Shown here: positions 1 through 9,803 of the stretch, piece after piece
How positions within the stretch are numbered: the first letter of the stretch is position 1
How the letters are laid out: every line of letters begins with the position of its first letter
Origin: Myxococcota bacterium
GTDB taxonomy: Bacteria > Myxococcota_A > UBA796 > SXON01
Direction of reading: 5' to 3'
Assembly: GCA_040386535.1 (NCBI GenBank)
Contig: JAZKFH010000013.1
Span: 450,817-514,816, forward strand
DNA length: 64,000 nt
Position numbers and translations under genes: made by a program
Notes under the pieces: generated by a model
Database searches by the model: none
Told to the model about the DNA's origin: nothing
Seen by the model: the letters and a program-made list of their open reading frames with translations, nothing else

Positions 1-24
1 CGCGCGCGGCGCACATTTCGCAAC

Positions 25-453
25 CTATTTCGACCCACCGGTCGGACCCGGCGCCGTGCGTGTCACGAGGTGGGCCTGGATCCACCCCTCGACCGGCGGC
101 GTGCACGAGGTGCAGGAAACCCGTGTCCGCACGGCCTCTTCGCCCGTCACCTCCAGGACGACCCCGACCGCGCCCCACACGGCCAGCGTCTTTCCGTAGT
201 CGTCCACCACGGTGACGGGCGCCTGGAGTGTGCGTGCGGCGTAAGTCGGGAAGGGCGGCGGCTCGACCTCCTCCGGCGCGCCCTCCGCCTGGCCTTCGAC
301 TGCGCCCTCCGCGTCGGGCGCCGCTTCCGCCTCGGGCGTGTCGTCACCGGGCTCTTCGGGCTCGGGCTCCTCGGTCTCCTCGGGCGGGGCGGCGGGAGGC
401 TCGTACGCGTCGGGACGCCAACAGGCGAGCGCGAGGAGGAGGGCCGGGACCAT
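25..453 (-). CDS. Hypothetical lipoprotein with Pro/Glu-rich linker and small C-terminal SH3-like beta domain
   Basis: MVPALLLALAC lipobox-like start at 453; acidic Pro-rich linker; C-terminal ...GWI... typical of bacterial SH3-like domains. Confidence 0.6.
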   Translation of the reverse strand: MVPALLLALACWRPDAYEPPAAPPEETEEPEPEEPGDDTPEAEAAPDAEGAVEGQAEGAPEEVEPPPFPTYAARTLQAPVTVVDDYGKTLAVWGAVGVVLEVTGEEAVRTRVSCTSCTPPVEGWIQAHLVTRTAPGPTGGSK

Positions 454-475
454 GGCGGGAGTATAGAAGCTCGGC

Positions 476-1333
476 ATGCTCCCTGTCGGCGCGCGCATCG
501 CGGTGGTGTCTCCATCCGGTATCTACGACCCCGTCCGTCTCGAAGCGGGGCTCGACGTCATCCGGGGGTGGGGCTACCGACCCGAACTTCTGCCGGGTGT
601 CGGCCGGCGCCACCGGTACCTCGCCGGGACCGACGCGGTGCGGCTCGCGGACCTCGAACGTGCGCTGCGCGGCGGGTGGGACGCGGTGTGGGTGGCGCGT
701 GGCGGCTACGGCCTGTCCCGGCTGCTCGGCCAGCTCCCGTGGGACGAGCTCGGCGCCGCGCCGTTCATCGGCTTCTCGGACGCGAGCGGCCTCTTGAACG
801 CCCTCGCCGCGCGCGGGCGCCCGGCGGTGCACGGCCCCGTCCTGAACAGCCTTGCCGACCTGTGCGACGCGCCCTCCCGCGAGCACCTCCGCGCGCTCCT
901 CGCGGGGGAGCCGCTCGCGCCGCTGCACGGGGAGGTCGTGCACAAGGGGAGCGTCGAGGGCCCGATGGTGGGCGGCAACCTCTGCGTGCTCGCGTCCCTC
1001 TGCGGAACGCCGTGGCAGCTGCGCGCGCGGGCCTGCGTGCTGATGCTGGAAGAGACGAACGAGGCGCCCTACAAGATCGATCGGCTCCTGACCCAGCTGC
1101 TCGATTCGGGCTGCCTCGACGGGGTCGCTGGCGTCGTGTTCGGCACGATGTTGGGGGCCGCGCCTGCGGAGGGCGCGGACTGGACGATGAACGACGTGAT
1201 CCACGACCTGTTGGCGCCGCTCGGCGTGCCGGTGCTCACCGGGCTCCCCATCGGGCACGGCCCGGAGAACCGGGCCTTCCGCGTCGGCGGCCATGTGCGC
1301 CTCGCGGGCAACCGCCTGGAGTTCTGCGAATGA
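476..1333 (+). CDS. ldcA: LD-carboxypeptidase (peptidase S66)
   Basis: IAVVSPS, RGGYG, GFSD nucleophile, GGNL, LEE and GH motifs. Confidence 0.9.
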   Translation: MLPVGARIAVVSPSGIYDPVRLEAGLDVIRGWGYRPELLPGVGRRHRYLAGTDAVRLADLERALRGGWDAVWVARGGYGLSRLLGQLPWDELGAAPFIGFSDASGLLNALAARGRPAVHGPVLNSLADLCDAPSREHLRALLAGEPLAPLHGEVVHKGSVEGPMVGGNLCVLASLCGTPWQLRARACVLMLEETNEAPYKIDRLLTQLLDSGCLDGVAGVVFGTMLGAAPAEGADWTMNDVIHDLLAPLGVPVLTGLPIGHGPENRAFRVGGHVRLAGNRLEFCE

Positions 1334-2250
1334 ACACCCCCCTCCACGCGGCCCTCGATCGGGCCCTCGACGAGGGCGTCGACGTTGCGCCGGCCGTGTC
1401 CGCGGTCGTCTGGAAGGCGGGCGTCGAGCTCTACGCGCGCGCGCCGGGCCAGGTGTACGACCTCGCCTCCCTCACCAAGCCGCTCTGCACCGCGGAGGTG
1501 GCGATGGCCGCGATCGACGCGGGCGCACTGTCCCTCCACGGCGGGCACCCGTTGCTGCCCCACGGCGTCAGCGTCGCGCACCTCTTGCAGCATGCCGCCG
1601 GCTACCCCGCGTGGCGGGCGTTCTGGGGGGAGGGGGGCCGCGCGGAGATCCTCGCCGCCGCGACACGGACCCCGCGCTCCTCCCCGCCCGGGTTCGCCCA
1701 CACCTACTCGGACATCGGCTTCCTCGCGCTCGGCGCGGTCCTCGAAGCGGTCGGTGGCGCGCGGCTCGACGAGCTCTGGGAGGGGCCGCTGCGCTGGGGG
1801 GATCCCGCCGCGGCGCACACCTTCTGCGAGGAGCGCAACCACGAGATCGTGGGAACCGTGCACGACCGCAACGCGGCGGCGATGGAGGGTGTGGCGCCCC
1901 ACGCCGGCCTCTTCGGGAGCGCGCGTGAGGTCGCCGCCACGGCGAACCGGTGGATGGTGGGGGCCGTGCCGATGTCCTACGTCGCGTTCGGGCGCCGCGG
2001 GCCGGGTACCCACGTGCTCGGTTGGGACACGCCCAACACCGACGGTTCCTCCTCAGCGGGGCCCCGCCCCCCCGCCGGCACCTTCGGGCACCTCGGCTTC
2101 ACGGGCACGGCGCTCTGGATGGTGCCGTCGCGCGGAATCGTCGCCGTGCTCCTCACCAACCGCGTCCTCGCCCGCACCGGCGCCGAGCCCATCCGCGCGC
2201 TCCGCCGCGCCTTCTTCCAGGCGGCATGGGACGGCCTCGATCTCGCCTGA
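1330..2250 (+). CDS. Serine hydrolase, beta-lactamase class C/AmpH-like family
   Basis: SLTK (SxxK), YSDIGF, GHLGFTG; ATG overlaps the ldcA stop (ATGA). Confidence 0.85.
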   Translation: MNTPLHAALDRALDEGVDVAPAVSAVVWKAGVELYARAPGQVYDLASLTKPLCTAEVAMAAIDAGALSLHGGHPLLPHGVSVAHLLQHAAGYPAWRAFWGEGGRAEILAAATRTPRSSPPGFAHTYSDIGFLALGAVLEAVGGARLDELWEGPLRWGDPAAAHTFCEERNHEIVGTVHDRNAAAMEGVAPHAGLFGSAREVAATANRWMVGAVPMSYVAFGRRGPGTHVLGWDTPNTDGSSSAGPRPPAGTFGHLGFTGTALWMVPSRGIVAVLLTNRVLARTGAEPIRALRRAFFQAAWDGLDLA

Positions 2251-2329
2251 GCCGCCGTGCGCCTACGCGACGGCGCCCATCGCGCCGCCGTGAGGACGCG
2301 ATAGACTGCGCGCTCCCCGAGATCACGCC

Positions 2330-3217
2330 GTGAGCAACGAACCCGGTCCGCGCTGGTACGAGCAGGTGCCGAGCAACCCCGTCCAGTCGGAGCCCCGTCC
2401 GGGCCCCGCCGTGAAGGACCTGTGGGTGCGTTGTCCCGGCTGCGCGCAGATCCTCTACCGCCCCGCGCTCCTCGAGCAGATGGCGGTCTGCCCCCACTGC
2501 GGCCGCCACCACCGGTGGGACGCGCAGGCCCGGCTCCATGCGCTGATCGATCCGGAGTCGTTCGTGCGGCACGACCAGCACGTCGCGCCCACCGATCCCC
2601 TCCGCTTCGTGGACGCCAAGCCCTACAGCGCCCGCCTCGCGGCCACCCAGCGCGCCCAGGGCGAGCTCGACGCCTACATCGCCGGCTCGGCGACCATCCT
2701 CGGCATCCCGGTCGAGATCGGGACCTTCAACTTCCGCTTCATGGGCGGGTCGATGGGCTCGGTGGTCGGTGAGCTCATCACGCGGCAGTTCGAGCGCGCC
2801 GCCACGCTCAAGCGCCCGGCGATCGTGATCTCCCAGTCCGGCGGCGCCCGCATGCAGGAGGGCATCCTCTCCCTGATGCAGATGGCGAAGACCTGCGCGG
2901 CGCTCGGCCGCCTCCGGGACGAAGCGGGGATGCCCTACATCAGCCTCCTGACCGACCCGACCACCGGCGGTGTCGCCGCGAGCTTCGCGATGCTGGGGGA
3001 CGTGATCCTCGCCGAGCCCGACGCCCTCATCGGGTTCGCGGGCCCGCGCGTCATCGCGCAGACCATCGGCCAGGAGCTGCCCGACGGCTTCCAGACCAGC
3101 GAGTACCTGCTCGCCCACGGCATGGTCGATCAGATCGTGCCCCGCGGCGAGATGCGCGAGACCCTCGCCCGCCTGATGCGCCTGCTCACCCCTCCGGACG
3201 CCGTCGCGGCCCGATGA
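2330..3217 (+). CDS. accD: Acetyl-CoA carboxylase carboxyltransferase beta subunit
   Basis: CPGC...CPHC zinc finger, FMGGSMG, SGGARMQEG, PTTGGV, GFAGPRVI. Confidence 0.95.
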   Translation: MSNEPGPRWYEQVPSNPVQSEPRPGPAVKDLWVRCPGCAQILYRPALLEQMAVCPHCGRHHRWDAQARLHALIDPESFVRHDQHVAPTDPLRFVDAKPYSARLAATQRAQGELDAYIAGSATILGIPVEIGTFNFRFMGGSMGSVVGELITRQFERAATLKRPAIVISQSGGARMQEGILSLMQMAKTCAALGRLRDEAGMPYISLLTDPTTGGVAASFAMLGDVILAEPDALIGFAGPRVIAQTIGQELPDGFQTSEYLLAHGMVDQIVPRGEMRETLARLMRLLTPPDAVAAR

Positions 3218-4479
3218 CCGACCACCCGATCGTCGCGGGCCTGTCGACAGCGGGCATGCGGATGGGGCTGGCCCGGATGCGTGCGTTCATGGCGTGGCTC
3301 GGCAACCCCCATGTCGCCTACCCCACGATCCACGTGGGCGGGACGAACGGCAAGGGGAGCGTGTGCCGCATGGTCGGCGCCATGCTCGAAGCGCAGGGCT
3401 ACAAGGTCGGCATCACGACGTCGCCGCACATCCAGGAGGTCAACGAGCGCATCCGCATCGGGTCGACCCCGATCCCGGACGCCGCGTTCTCGAGCCTCCT
3501 CGCACGGGTGGACGCCGCGCGTCGCGAGTGGGCGGACAAGGAGCTGCCGCCGGGCGAGCCGTTCCCGCTCACCTACTTCGAGTTCCTCGTCGCCGCGGCG
3601 TTCCTCCACTTCGCCGAGGAGCGCGTGGACATCGCGATCGTCGAGGTGGGTATGGGCGGCCGGCTCGACGCCACCAACGTCGTGTCGCCCATCGTCTCCG
3701 CGATCGTGACCGTGGGGCTCGACCACACGGAGCACCTCGGGCCGGACCACGCGTCGATCGCGGGGGAGAAGGCGGGGATCCTCAAGCCGGGTGTCCCGGT
3801 CGTGCTTGGCCCGCTCACGCACGAGGCGATGGCCGTGATCCGCTCCGTCGCGGTAGAGAGGGGCGCCCCCATTTCCACCTTCGGGGACGATTTTCGGGGA
3901 AGTGGGGAGACCGGCGGCTTCGCCTACTGGGGCGGCGGCAAGGTGCGGGAGGGCTTGCGGCTCGCCCTGGGTGGCGACCACCAGGTCGTCAACGCCGCGG
4001 TGGCGCTGCGCATCGTCGACCTGCTCCCGCCGCCGTTCGTGGTCGGAGAGGACGCGATTCGGGCCGGCCTGTGGGCCGCGCGCAACCGCGGCCGCCTCGA
4101 GTGGCTCACCCCCGATCTGCTGGTCGACGGCGCCCACAACCCTGACGGCGCCACGGTCCTCGCCAACTACCTCGCCCGCCTCCCACGCGATCGCAAGCGT
4201 ACGCTGCTGCTCGGCGCCGGCACCGACAAGGACGTGCGCAGCGTCGCGTGGACCCTCGCGCCCCAGGTCGACCGCGTGTACACGACCGCGTGCAGCCACC
4301 CCAAGGCGCGCTCCCCCGGTGACGTGGCGGCCGAGCTCGAAGGGCTCCCGGTCCCGGTGAGCCCGGCGGGTCGGCTCGAGGACGCCTTGCCCTTCGCGCG
4401 CGCGGGCGGCGGGCTCGTGATCGTGGCGGGATCGCTCTACCTCGTGGGCGCGGCGCGGGACCTGGCGGGGATCCGGTAG
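3214..4479 (+). CDS. folC: Bifunctional folylpolyglutamate synthase/dihydrofolate synthase
   Basis: HVGGTNGKGS, TSPH, EVGMGGRLDATN, DGAHN, GSLYLVG. Confidence 0.95.
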   Translation: MTDHPIVAGLSTAGMRMGLARMRAFMAWLGNPHVAYPTIHVGGTNGKGSVCRMVGAMLEAQGYKVGITTSPHIQEVNERIRIGSTPIPDAAFSSLLARVDAARREWADKELPPGEPFPLTYFEFLVAAAFLHFAEERVDIAIVEVGMGGRLDATNVVSPIVSAIVTVGLDHTEHLGPDHASIAGEKAGILKPGVPVVLGPLTHEAMAVIRSVAVERGAPISTFGDDFRGSGETGGFAYWGGGKVREGLRLALGGDHQVVNAAVALRIVDLLPPPFVVGEDAIRAGLWAARNRGRLEWLTPDLLVDGAHNPDGATVLANYLARLPRDRKRTLLLGAGTDKDVRSVAWTLAPQVDRVYTTACSHPKARSPGDVAAELEGLPVPVSPAGRLEDALPFARAGGGLVIVAGSLYLVGAARDLAGIR

Positions 4480-4485
4480 GGCCCG

Positions 4486-6303
4486 GTGGAGGGCGCCGTC
4501 CAGGTCGACGCGGAGCGGATCGAGTGGGCCGGTGGCGTGGCGGTGGCCGAGGGCGCGGTCGAGGTGCGCTTCGGCGACGAGGTGCTCCGAGGCGCGCGCG
4601 CGACGTGGGACGGCACGACGCTCGTGGTCGAGGACGGCGTATACCGGCGCCCCGACGGCGAGCTCGCGTTCGATCGCGCGGAGGTGCACCCCGCCGTCGG
4701 CACCGCCGTCCTGGTGGATTCGCGCGTGGAGACCGGCGGGGCGCAGATCACCGCCGATCGCGTGGAGGTGGGCGAGGGGCGCTGGACCGCCTCGGGCGCC
4801 ACGGTCCTGCCGTGCCGGTGCACGGACGGCGCGCCGCCGGCCCTGAGCTTCCGGGCGAAGCGGGTGACGGTCATCCCGGACCGGGTGGTCATCGTGCACG
4901 GCGGCGTGGTGCGGATCTTCGACGTGCCGCTCCTCCCGGTGCCGTACTGGCGCGTGCCGCTCGACCCCCACCGGTTCCGGATCCTCGTCCCGGAGGTGGG
5001 GTGGGGCACGTTCGGCCCGAGCGCGCTGGTGGAGGGGCGCGGAGGCGTGGGCGACTGGATGTTCCAGGGCGGGCCCGCGTGGCGGATGGACCGGGGCGCG
5101 CGTGGCGAGCTCGGCATCACCGGCCCGGGAATGTCGGCGCGCGGCACACTTGGGTGGGACGCGCTAACGGAGACGGTGCGGGGCGCTGGGGTGACCCGCG
5201 GCGGGGTCGACCGGGCCGCGCGCGCCGCATGGGACGCGGCCTGGGTGTCGGATGCCGCCTACCTCGCCGACTACGCCGTGGACTACGTGTCCCGCGGGGC
5301 GCGGTGGCGCGACAGCCGCGCGGTCCTGGGCGTGGGGCCCTCCACGTTCGACGTGTGGCTCCCCGACGACGGCAGCGCCGGTACGTTGGCGCGGGAGCGC
5401 GTGTCCTGGGAGCTCGGACGCGGCCGCTCCGCGTCGGTCACCCCCCGCGTCGGGATCGCGGCGGTCGGCACGCTCGCGGAGGTGGCGCCGCTCGGGGAGG
5501 TTGGCGTCGGGGCGCGGGCGACGGGCGGGTTGAGGACCGCGAGCGGCACCGATTGGCTCGCGGCCGAGGTGCGGGCGGACGTGGCGGGGCGGGGGTTGTG
5601 GGCGGAGGACGGGTTCGACGCGGGGGCCGCGCCGCGGGTGGGCGCCGCCGACGGGTGGGGCGACGCGCTGGCCTCCGCGCCGCTGGGGCGGTGGGGCGCC
5701 GGCGGCACCGGCCTCGGCGGCGTGGTCGCCACGGACGTGGCGGTGCCGCTCTGGTCGTCGCTCGGTGAGTCGCGGACGCAGTGGTGGCCGGGCGTGCGGG
5801 CCGAGGCGCGCGCGGGGTGGGCACCGGGCGACATCGTCGACGCTGGCGTACGCGCAGGGCCGGCGCTCCGCGCCACCACGTCGTTCGCGCAAGGCGGGAT
5901 CGGCCTCGACGCGGCCGTGCTCCAGGACGGCAGCGGCTGGAGGCCCGCGGCGGCGGTGGACGTGTCCCTCGAGGCCCTCGCGCTGCGGATCCAGGCCGAG
6001 CCGGACGTGCAGGCGGGGGAGGTGCGGTGGATGCCCGGCCCCGTCACCCTCGCCGTCGGCAGCACCCACGCCGTCACCGCGTACACGGGCACCCTCTGGC
6101 TCGGGTGGAGCGACGCCGCGCTGGCCCTCGGCCGGCTCCGCGCGGGGGGCGGGCTCGCCTGGGATCTCGCCGGCGGCGCCTACTCCGGCGCGGACGCGCG
6201 CCTCGGGTACGACGACGGCTGCACCGCCGCGATGGTCACCGCCCGCTTCGCGCCCGACCGGGACCTGCCCGACTTCGGGTTCGCGGCGACGTTCCGGCGC
6301 TGA
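4486..6303 (+). CDS. LptD-like outer-membrane protein (OstA-like N-terminus plus beta-barrel)
   Basis: OstA-like N-terminal strands, CxC, PLLPVPYW motif, WVSD..YL.DY, C-terminal YDDGC; position after folC; no signal peptide visible. Confidence 0.6.
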   Translation: MEGAVQVDAERIEWAGGVAVAEGAVEVRFGDEVLRGARATWDGTTLVVEDGVYRRPDGELAFDRAEVHPAVGTAVLVDSRVETGGAQITADRVEVGEGRWTASGATVLPCRCTDGAPPALSFRAKRVTVIPDRVVIVHGGVVRIFDVPLLPVPYWRVPLDPHRFRILVPEVGWGTFGPSALVEGRGGVGDWMFQGGPAWRMDRGARGELGITGPGMSARGTLGWDALTETVRGAGVTRGGVDRAARAAWDAAWVSDAAYLADYAVDYVSRGARWRDSRAVLGVGPSTFDVWLPDDGSAGTLARERVSWELGRGRSASVTPRVGIAAVGTLAEVAPLGEVGVGARATGGLRTASGTDWLAAEVRADVAGRGLWAEDGFDAGAAPRVGAADGWGDALASAPLGRWGAGGTGLGGVVATDVAVPLWSSLGESRTQWWPGVRAEARAGWAPGDIVDAGVRAGPALRATTSFAQGGIGLDAAVLQDGSGWRPAAAVDVSLEALALRIQAEPDVQAGEVRWMPGPVTLAVGSTHAVTAYTGTLWLGWSDAALALGRLRAGGGLAWDLAGGAYSGADARLGYDDGCTAAMVTARFAPDRDLPDFGFAATFRR

Positions 6304-6321
6304 TCTCGCGCTGACGCCGGC

Positions 6322-7617
6322 TTAGGAGTCGAGGTCGACGAACACCGGAACTTGCGACGCCCCCGACGCCACGTTCGCCAGGGGCCCGTCCGCGAGCCGG
6401 CACAAGAAGCCGGCGAGGCGGCCGCGGGCAAGGAACGGGCCGAGGTCGACCAGGCGCTCCTGGCGTTCGGCCGCGCGCACGTCGTAAAAGGCGCCGCGCT
6501 CTTCGGGGATGCGACGCTGGAGCACGTGGCGGCTCGCGCGCTCCACGGCTCGGCTCCACTGGGCCGACGTCGCGGTCCACCCGAGCACCACGCCCTGGCC
6601 GCCGTGCCCGTCGAGCGGCTTTAGCGCCCACGCCTCGGGCTCGCGGAGGGCGGCCTCGCGCAGCTCGTCGCCGCCGCGGTCGAGCAGAGCGCCGGTCCAG
6701 GGGATGTGGCGGCGCACGAAGAGGCGATCGGCCTCGGGCAGGGGGAACGCCGGGTCGTGGAGGAGCGCGAACAGGCCTTTTCCGTGGAGCAGCGCCGTCC
6801 GGAGCGAGTTGACCATGCACACGCGGCCCGCGTGGTAGGCGGCGAGCAGGGCGGCGGCCTCGTCGGGCGCGGCGCGGAGATCGGCGACGAGGATGCGTCG
6901 GAACACGACGTCGATGCGCAGATCGCCCGCGGTGAGGGCCTCGCCGTCGAAGCGCAGATCGGCCGGGGCGACGATCTCCGCGACCAGGCCCGCGGCCCGG
7001 AAGCGCGCGCGGATGAGGGCGAACTCGGGGGCGGTGGGGACGCCGGGGCGGTCTACGATCGCGATGGTGAGCCGGCGGTGGCGGTGGCCCCACTCGCGCG
7101 CGATGTCGCGCACGGTGCGGACGAGCGCGCCGCACACGTCGAACGCGCGGAGCGATCCCGTCGGGACGTAGGCGGGATCGGCCAGGAAGACGCCGGAGAG
7201 GGCGTCCGCGTAGCCCATGCCGGCCGGGCTCTCCGCGTTGAGCTCGACGAACCAGGGGTTCCCGTCCGCGCAGAAGGCGTCGACCCGCGCGAGCGGCGCC
7301 GCGCTCTGGAACCCGGGATCGACGCGCGCCCACGCGATCGACTGCGCGTCGATCCCGATGCGGGCGGCGAGCGACTCGTGCTCGCGATCGAGGTCGTGGA
7401 GGAGCGCGGTGCGCACGTGCCGGACGATGCGGTGGAAGCGCGGCAGGATGCGCGCCCAGCGCCGGAGCGCGGCGCGATCGACGAACATCGGCGTGCGGTG
7501 CACACACACGGGGCCGCCCCCGTAGCGGGCTCCGGCGGCCGACACGCGGGCCAGGAAGTCCTCGGCGGCGAGCGGCGCGGCGATGGCGGCCCGCTCCCAC
7601 CGTGCGGAGGCGAGCAT
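6322..7617 (-). CDS. Circularly permuted ATP-grasp (type 2)/glutathionylspermidine synthase-like ligase
   Basis: ARVD, FVELNAESPAGMG, LKPLDGHGGQGV, LQRRI, NVASG motifs. Confidence 0.8.
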   Translation of the reverse strand: MLASARWERAAIAAPLAAEDFLARVSAAGARYGGGPVCVHRTPMFVDRAALRRWARILPRFHRIVRHVRTALLHDLDREHESLAARIGIDAQSIAWARVDPGFQSAAPLARVDAFCADGNPWFVELNAESPAGMGYADALSGVFLADPAYVPTGSLRAFDVCGALVRTVRDIAREWGHRHRRLTIAIVDRPGVPTAPEFALIRARFRAAGLVAEIVAPADLRFDGEALTAGDLRIDVVFRRILVADLRAAPDEAAALLAAYHAGRVCMVNSLRTALLHGKGLFALLHDPAFPLPEADRLFVRRHIPWTGALLDRGGDELREAALREPEAWALKPLDGHGGQGVVLGWTATSAQWSRAVERASRHVLQRRIPEERGAFYDVRAAERQERLVDLGPFLARGRLAGFLCRLADGPLANVASGASQVPVFVDLDS

Positions 7618-7716
7618 GGCGCCATGTAGCGCGTTCGGCCTCGCGTCAGCACGTGGCGCGCGGGCCTCGCGTCGCGTACGTGCGCACGGCCCGCTTCAAA
7701 CCGGCGCGGAGGGTTC

Positions 7717-8709
7717 GTGGAGAGTCTGCTCGGGAACGAAGGGGTGCGGGCCCGCCTGTGGCGCGCGGCGGACGAGGGCCGTATGCACCATTGTTACCTC
7801 TTCGAGGGGCCCGAAGGCGTCGGCAAGGCGATGACGGCGATGCGGCTCGCCCTCACGGTGAATTGCCTCGGAGACAGCCCGCCGTGCGGCACCTGCTCCA
7901 GCTGCCGCCAGATCCTCGCGGGCACACATCCCGACGTTGTCGTGGTCGTGCCCGACCCGGACCGCGCCACGCGCGTCATCACCGCGGACCAGGCGCGCGG
8001 GGTCATCGCCTCGCTCCAGCTCCAGCGGCACTCCGCCCGCCGCCGCGTCGTGATCATCGACCCCGCCGACGCGCTGACGGAGGAGGCCGCGAACGCGATG
8101 CTCAAGACCTTCGAGGAGCCGCCCGCCGGCACGCAGTTCATCCTCGTGACCGCGCGCGCCGCCTCGTTGCTCCCGACCGTGCGGAGCCGGAGCCAGCGCG
8201 TGCGTTTCGGGCCCGTGCCGCGTGTGCAGCTGGAGGAATGGCTCCACGGGCGGGGCCTCGATCCGGCGCTCGCCGTGCTCTCCGCGGGGAGCCCCGGCTA
8301 CGCGATCCGGCTCGGCGCGGGCGAGGCCCAGGAGCGCCGCGAGGTCGTCGCGCAGCTGCTCGCCACCGTGGGGCAGCCCCTGCACCAGCTCTTCTCGTTC
8401 ACCGAGGCCGCCGGGAAGAAGTCGGACGGCTCCGTGGAGCGCACCACCCTGGTGGTCGACGCCCTCGAGGAGCTCCTCCGCGACGCCGTGTTCGTCGCCT
8501 CCGGGCGCGAGGACGCCGTGCTCCACCCCGACCACGTCGGCGCGCTCTCCGTGTGGGCGACCGCGCTCCATCCCGGCGGCATCGCGCGCATGGAGAAGGC
8601 GATCGCCGCGGCGCGGGACCGCCTGCGCCTCAACGTGAACGGGCGCGTGGTGCTCGAAGCGCTGCTGACCGGGCTGAACCTGGAGCTGTCGCAGGCGCGG
8701 AGGGGATAG
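7717..8709 (+). CDS. holB: DNA polymerase III delta' subunit
   Basis: HCYLFEGPEGVGK, C..PCG.CSSC zinc site, HPD, AANAMLKTFEEPP, LLPTVRSR. Confidence 0.9.
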   Translation: MESLLGNEGVRARLWRAADEGRMHHCYLFEGPEGVGKAMTAMRLALTVNCLGDSPPCGTCSSCRQILAGTHPDVVVVVPDPDRATRVITADQARGVIASLQLQRHSARRRVVIIDPADALTEEAANAMLKTFEEPPAGTQFILVTARAASLLPTVRSRSQRVRFGPVPRVQLEEWLHGRGLDPALAVLSAGSPGYAIRLGAGEAQERREVVAQLLATVGQPLHQLFSFTEAAGKKSDGSVERTTLVVDALEELLRDAVFVASGREDAVLHPDHVGALSVWATALHPGGIARMEKAIAAARDRLRLNVNGRVVLEALLTGLNLELSQARRG

Positions 8710-8714
8710 ACGAG

Positions 8715-8895
8715 GGGGGTTCCCTGGGAGCGTTCGGGAGAAATGCTCCCGTCGTCCGCTCGTGTCTGCTGGCCGCGGCCGCGCGTCTTCCTCGGTCACA
8801 GGTCTCGACCTGCTCCCTCGTCAGCCACGCAGCCGCGTCTCAGCAGCCACTTCGCAGACTCGGTCCGCATTTCCCCGAACGCTCCGAGAGCCCCC
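8715..8895. repeat. Long imperfect inverted-repeat (MITE-like/REP-like) element
   Basis: GGAGCGTTCGGGAGAAATGC (8727-8746) pairs with GCATTTCCCCGAACGCTCC (8867-8885); internal stems CTGCTG/CAGCAG and CAGGTC-TC-GACCTG. Confidence 0.6.
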
Positions 8896-8898
8896 GCC

Positions 8899-9681
8899 AT
8901 GTTGATCGACTCCCACTGCCACCTCGATCCCACCGTCTTCGGCGGCGACGCCGGGGTGGACGACGCCATCGCCCGCGCCCGCGCCGCCGGGGTGGATCGC
9001 ATGATCACCATCGGCTCGGGCTACGGCTTCGAGAGCGCCGGGCGCGCGCTCGCCGTGGCGCGGCGTCACCCGGACGTGCTCCGGGCCACGGTCGGGCTCC
9101 ACCCGCACGACGCGAAGCTCGCCAGCGAGGAGACCCTCGCCGAGCTCTACGCCATGGCGGACGCCCCCGAGGTCGTCGCGCTGGGCGAGATGGGGCTGGA
9201 CTTCCACTACGACAGCTCCCCGCGCGAAGAGCAGCGCACCGTGTTCCGCGCCCAGCTCCGCGCCGCGCGCGAGCGGCAGCTCCCGGTCATCATCCACGAC
9301 CGCGACAGCGCGGGGGAGACCCTCGCCATCCTCGACGACGAGGGCGCCTGGGCGGGCGGCGTGCTCTACCACTGCTACACCGGCGACGTCGCGGCGATGG
9401 AGGCCATCGTGTCGCGCGGCGGGTACATCTCCATCCCCGGAATCGTCACCTTCAAGAACGGCGACATCATGCGGGACGTGGCAGCGAAGGTGCCCGCCGA
9501 CCGGCTTCTGCTCGAGACGGACAGCCCGTTCCTCACGCCCATCCCGTTCCGCGGCCGCCGCAATGAGCCCGCCTACGTGGCCTACGTGGCGCAGAAGGTC
9601 GCGGAGGTGCGCGGCGCCGACGTGGCCGAGCTCTCAGAGCAGGCGGCGGCGAACACGCGGCGGTTCTTCCGCTGGGAGTAG
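8899..9681 (+). CDS. tatD: TatD family DNase
   Basis: IDSHCHL, GLHPH, GEMGLD, IIHDR, HCYTG, ETDSP, NEP. Confidence 0.92.
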   Translation: MLIDSHCHLDPTVFGGDAGVDDAIARARAAGVDRMITIGSGYGFESAGRALAVARRHPDVLRATVGLHPHDAKLASEETLAELYAMADAPEVVALGEMGLDFHYDSSPREEQRTVFRAQLRAARERQLPVIIHDRDSAGETLAILDDEGAWAGGVLYHCYTGDVAAMEAIVSRGGYISIPGIVTFKNGDIMRDVAAKVPADRLLLETDSPFLTPIPFRGRRNEPAYVAYVAQKVAEVRGADVAELSEQAAANTRRFFRWE

Positions 9682-9720
9682 GGGAGGGGAGAGCGCCGGC
9701 TCGCGCGGGCCCCCGCGTAC

Positions 9721-9754
9721 AAAAACACGTCGAGGGAGCCGATCGGGCTCCCTC
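9721..9754 (-). terminator. Probable intrinsic terminator between convergent tatD and small basic protein gene
   Basis: GAGGGAGCC-gatcg-GGCTCCCTC stem-loop (9732-9754); AAAAA at 9721-9725 gives a U tract on the minus strand. Confidence 0.55.
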
Positions 9755-9803
9755 TTCGTGGGTCCATCAGGAATGCATCGACGCGACCGAGGCCGCGCGA
9801 GGC

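Noticed and set aside
70..1329. N-terminal extension of the serine hydrolase ORF (70-2250)
   Set aside because: Shadow frame of ldcA; the true start at 1330 is coupled to the ldcA stop
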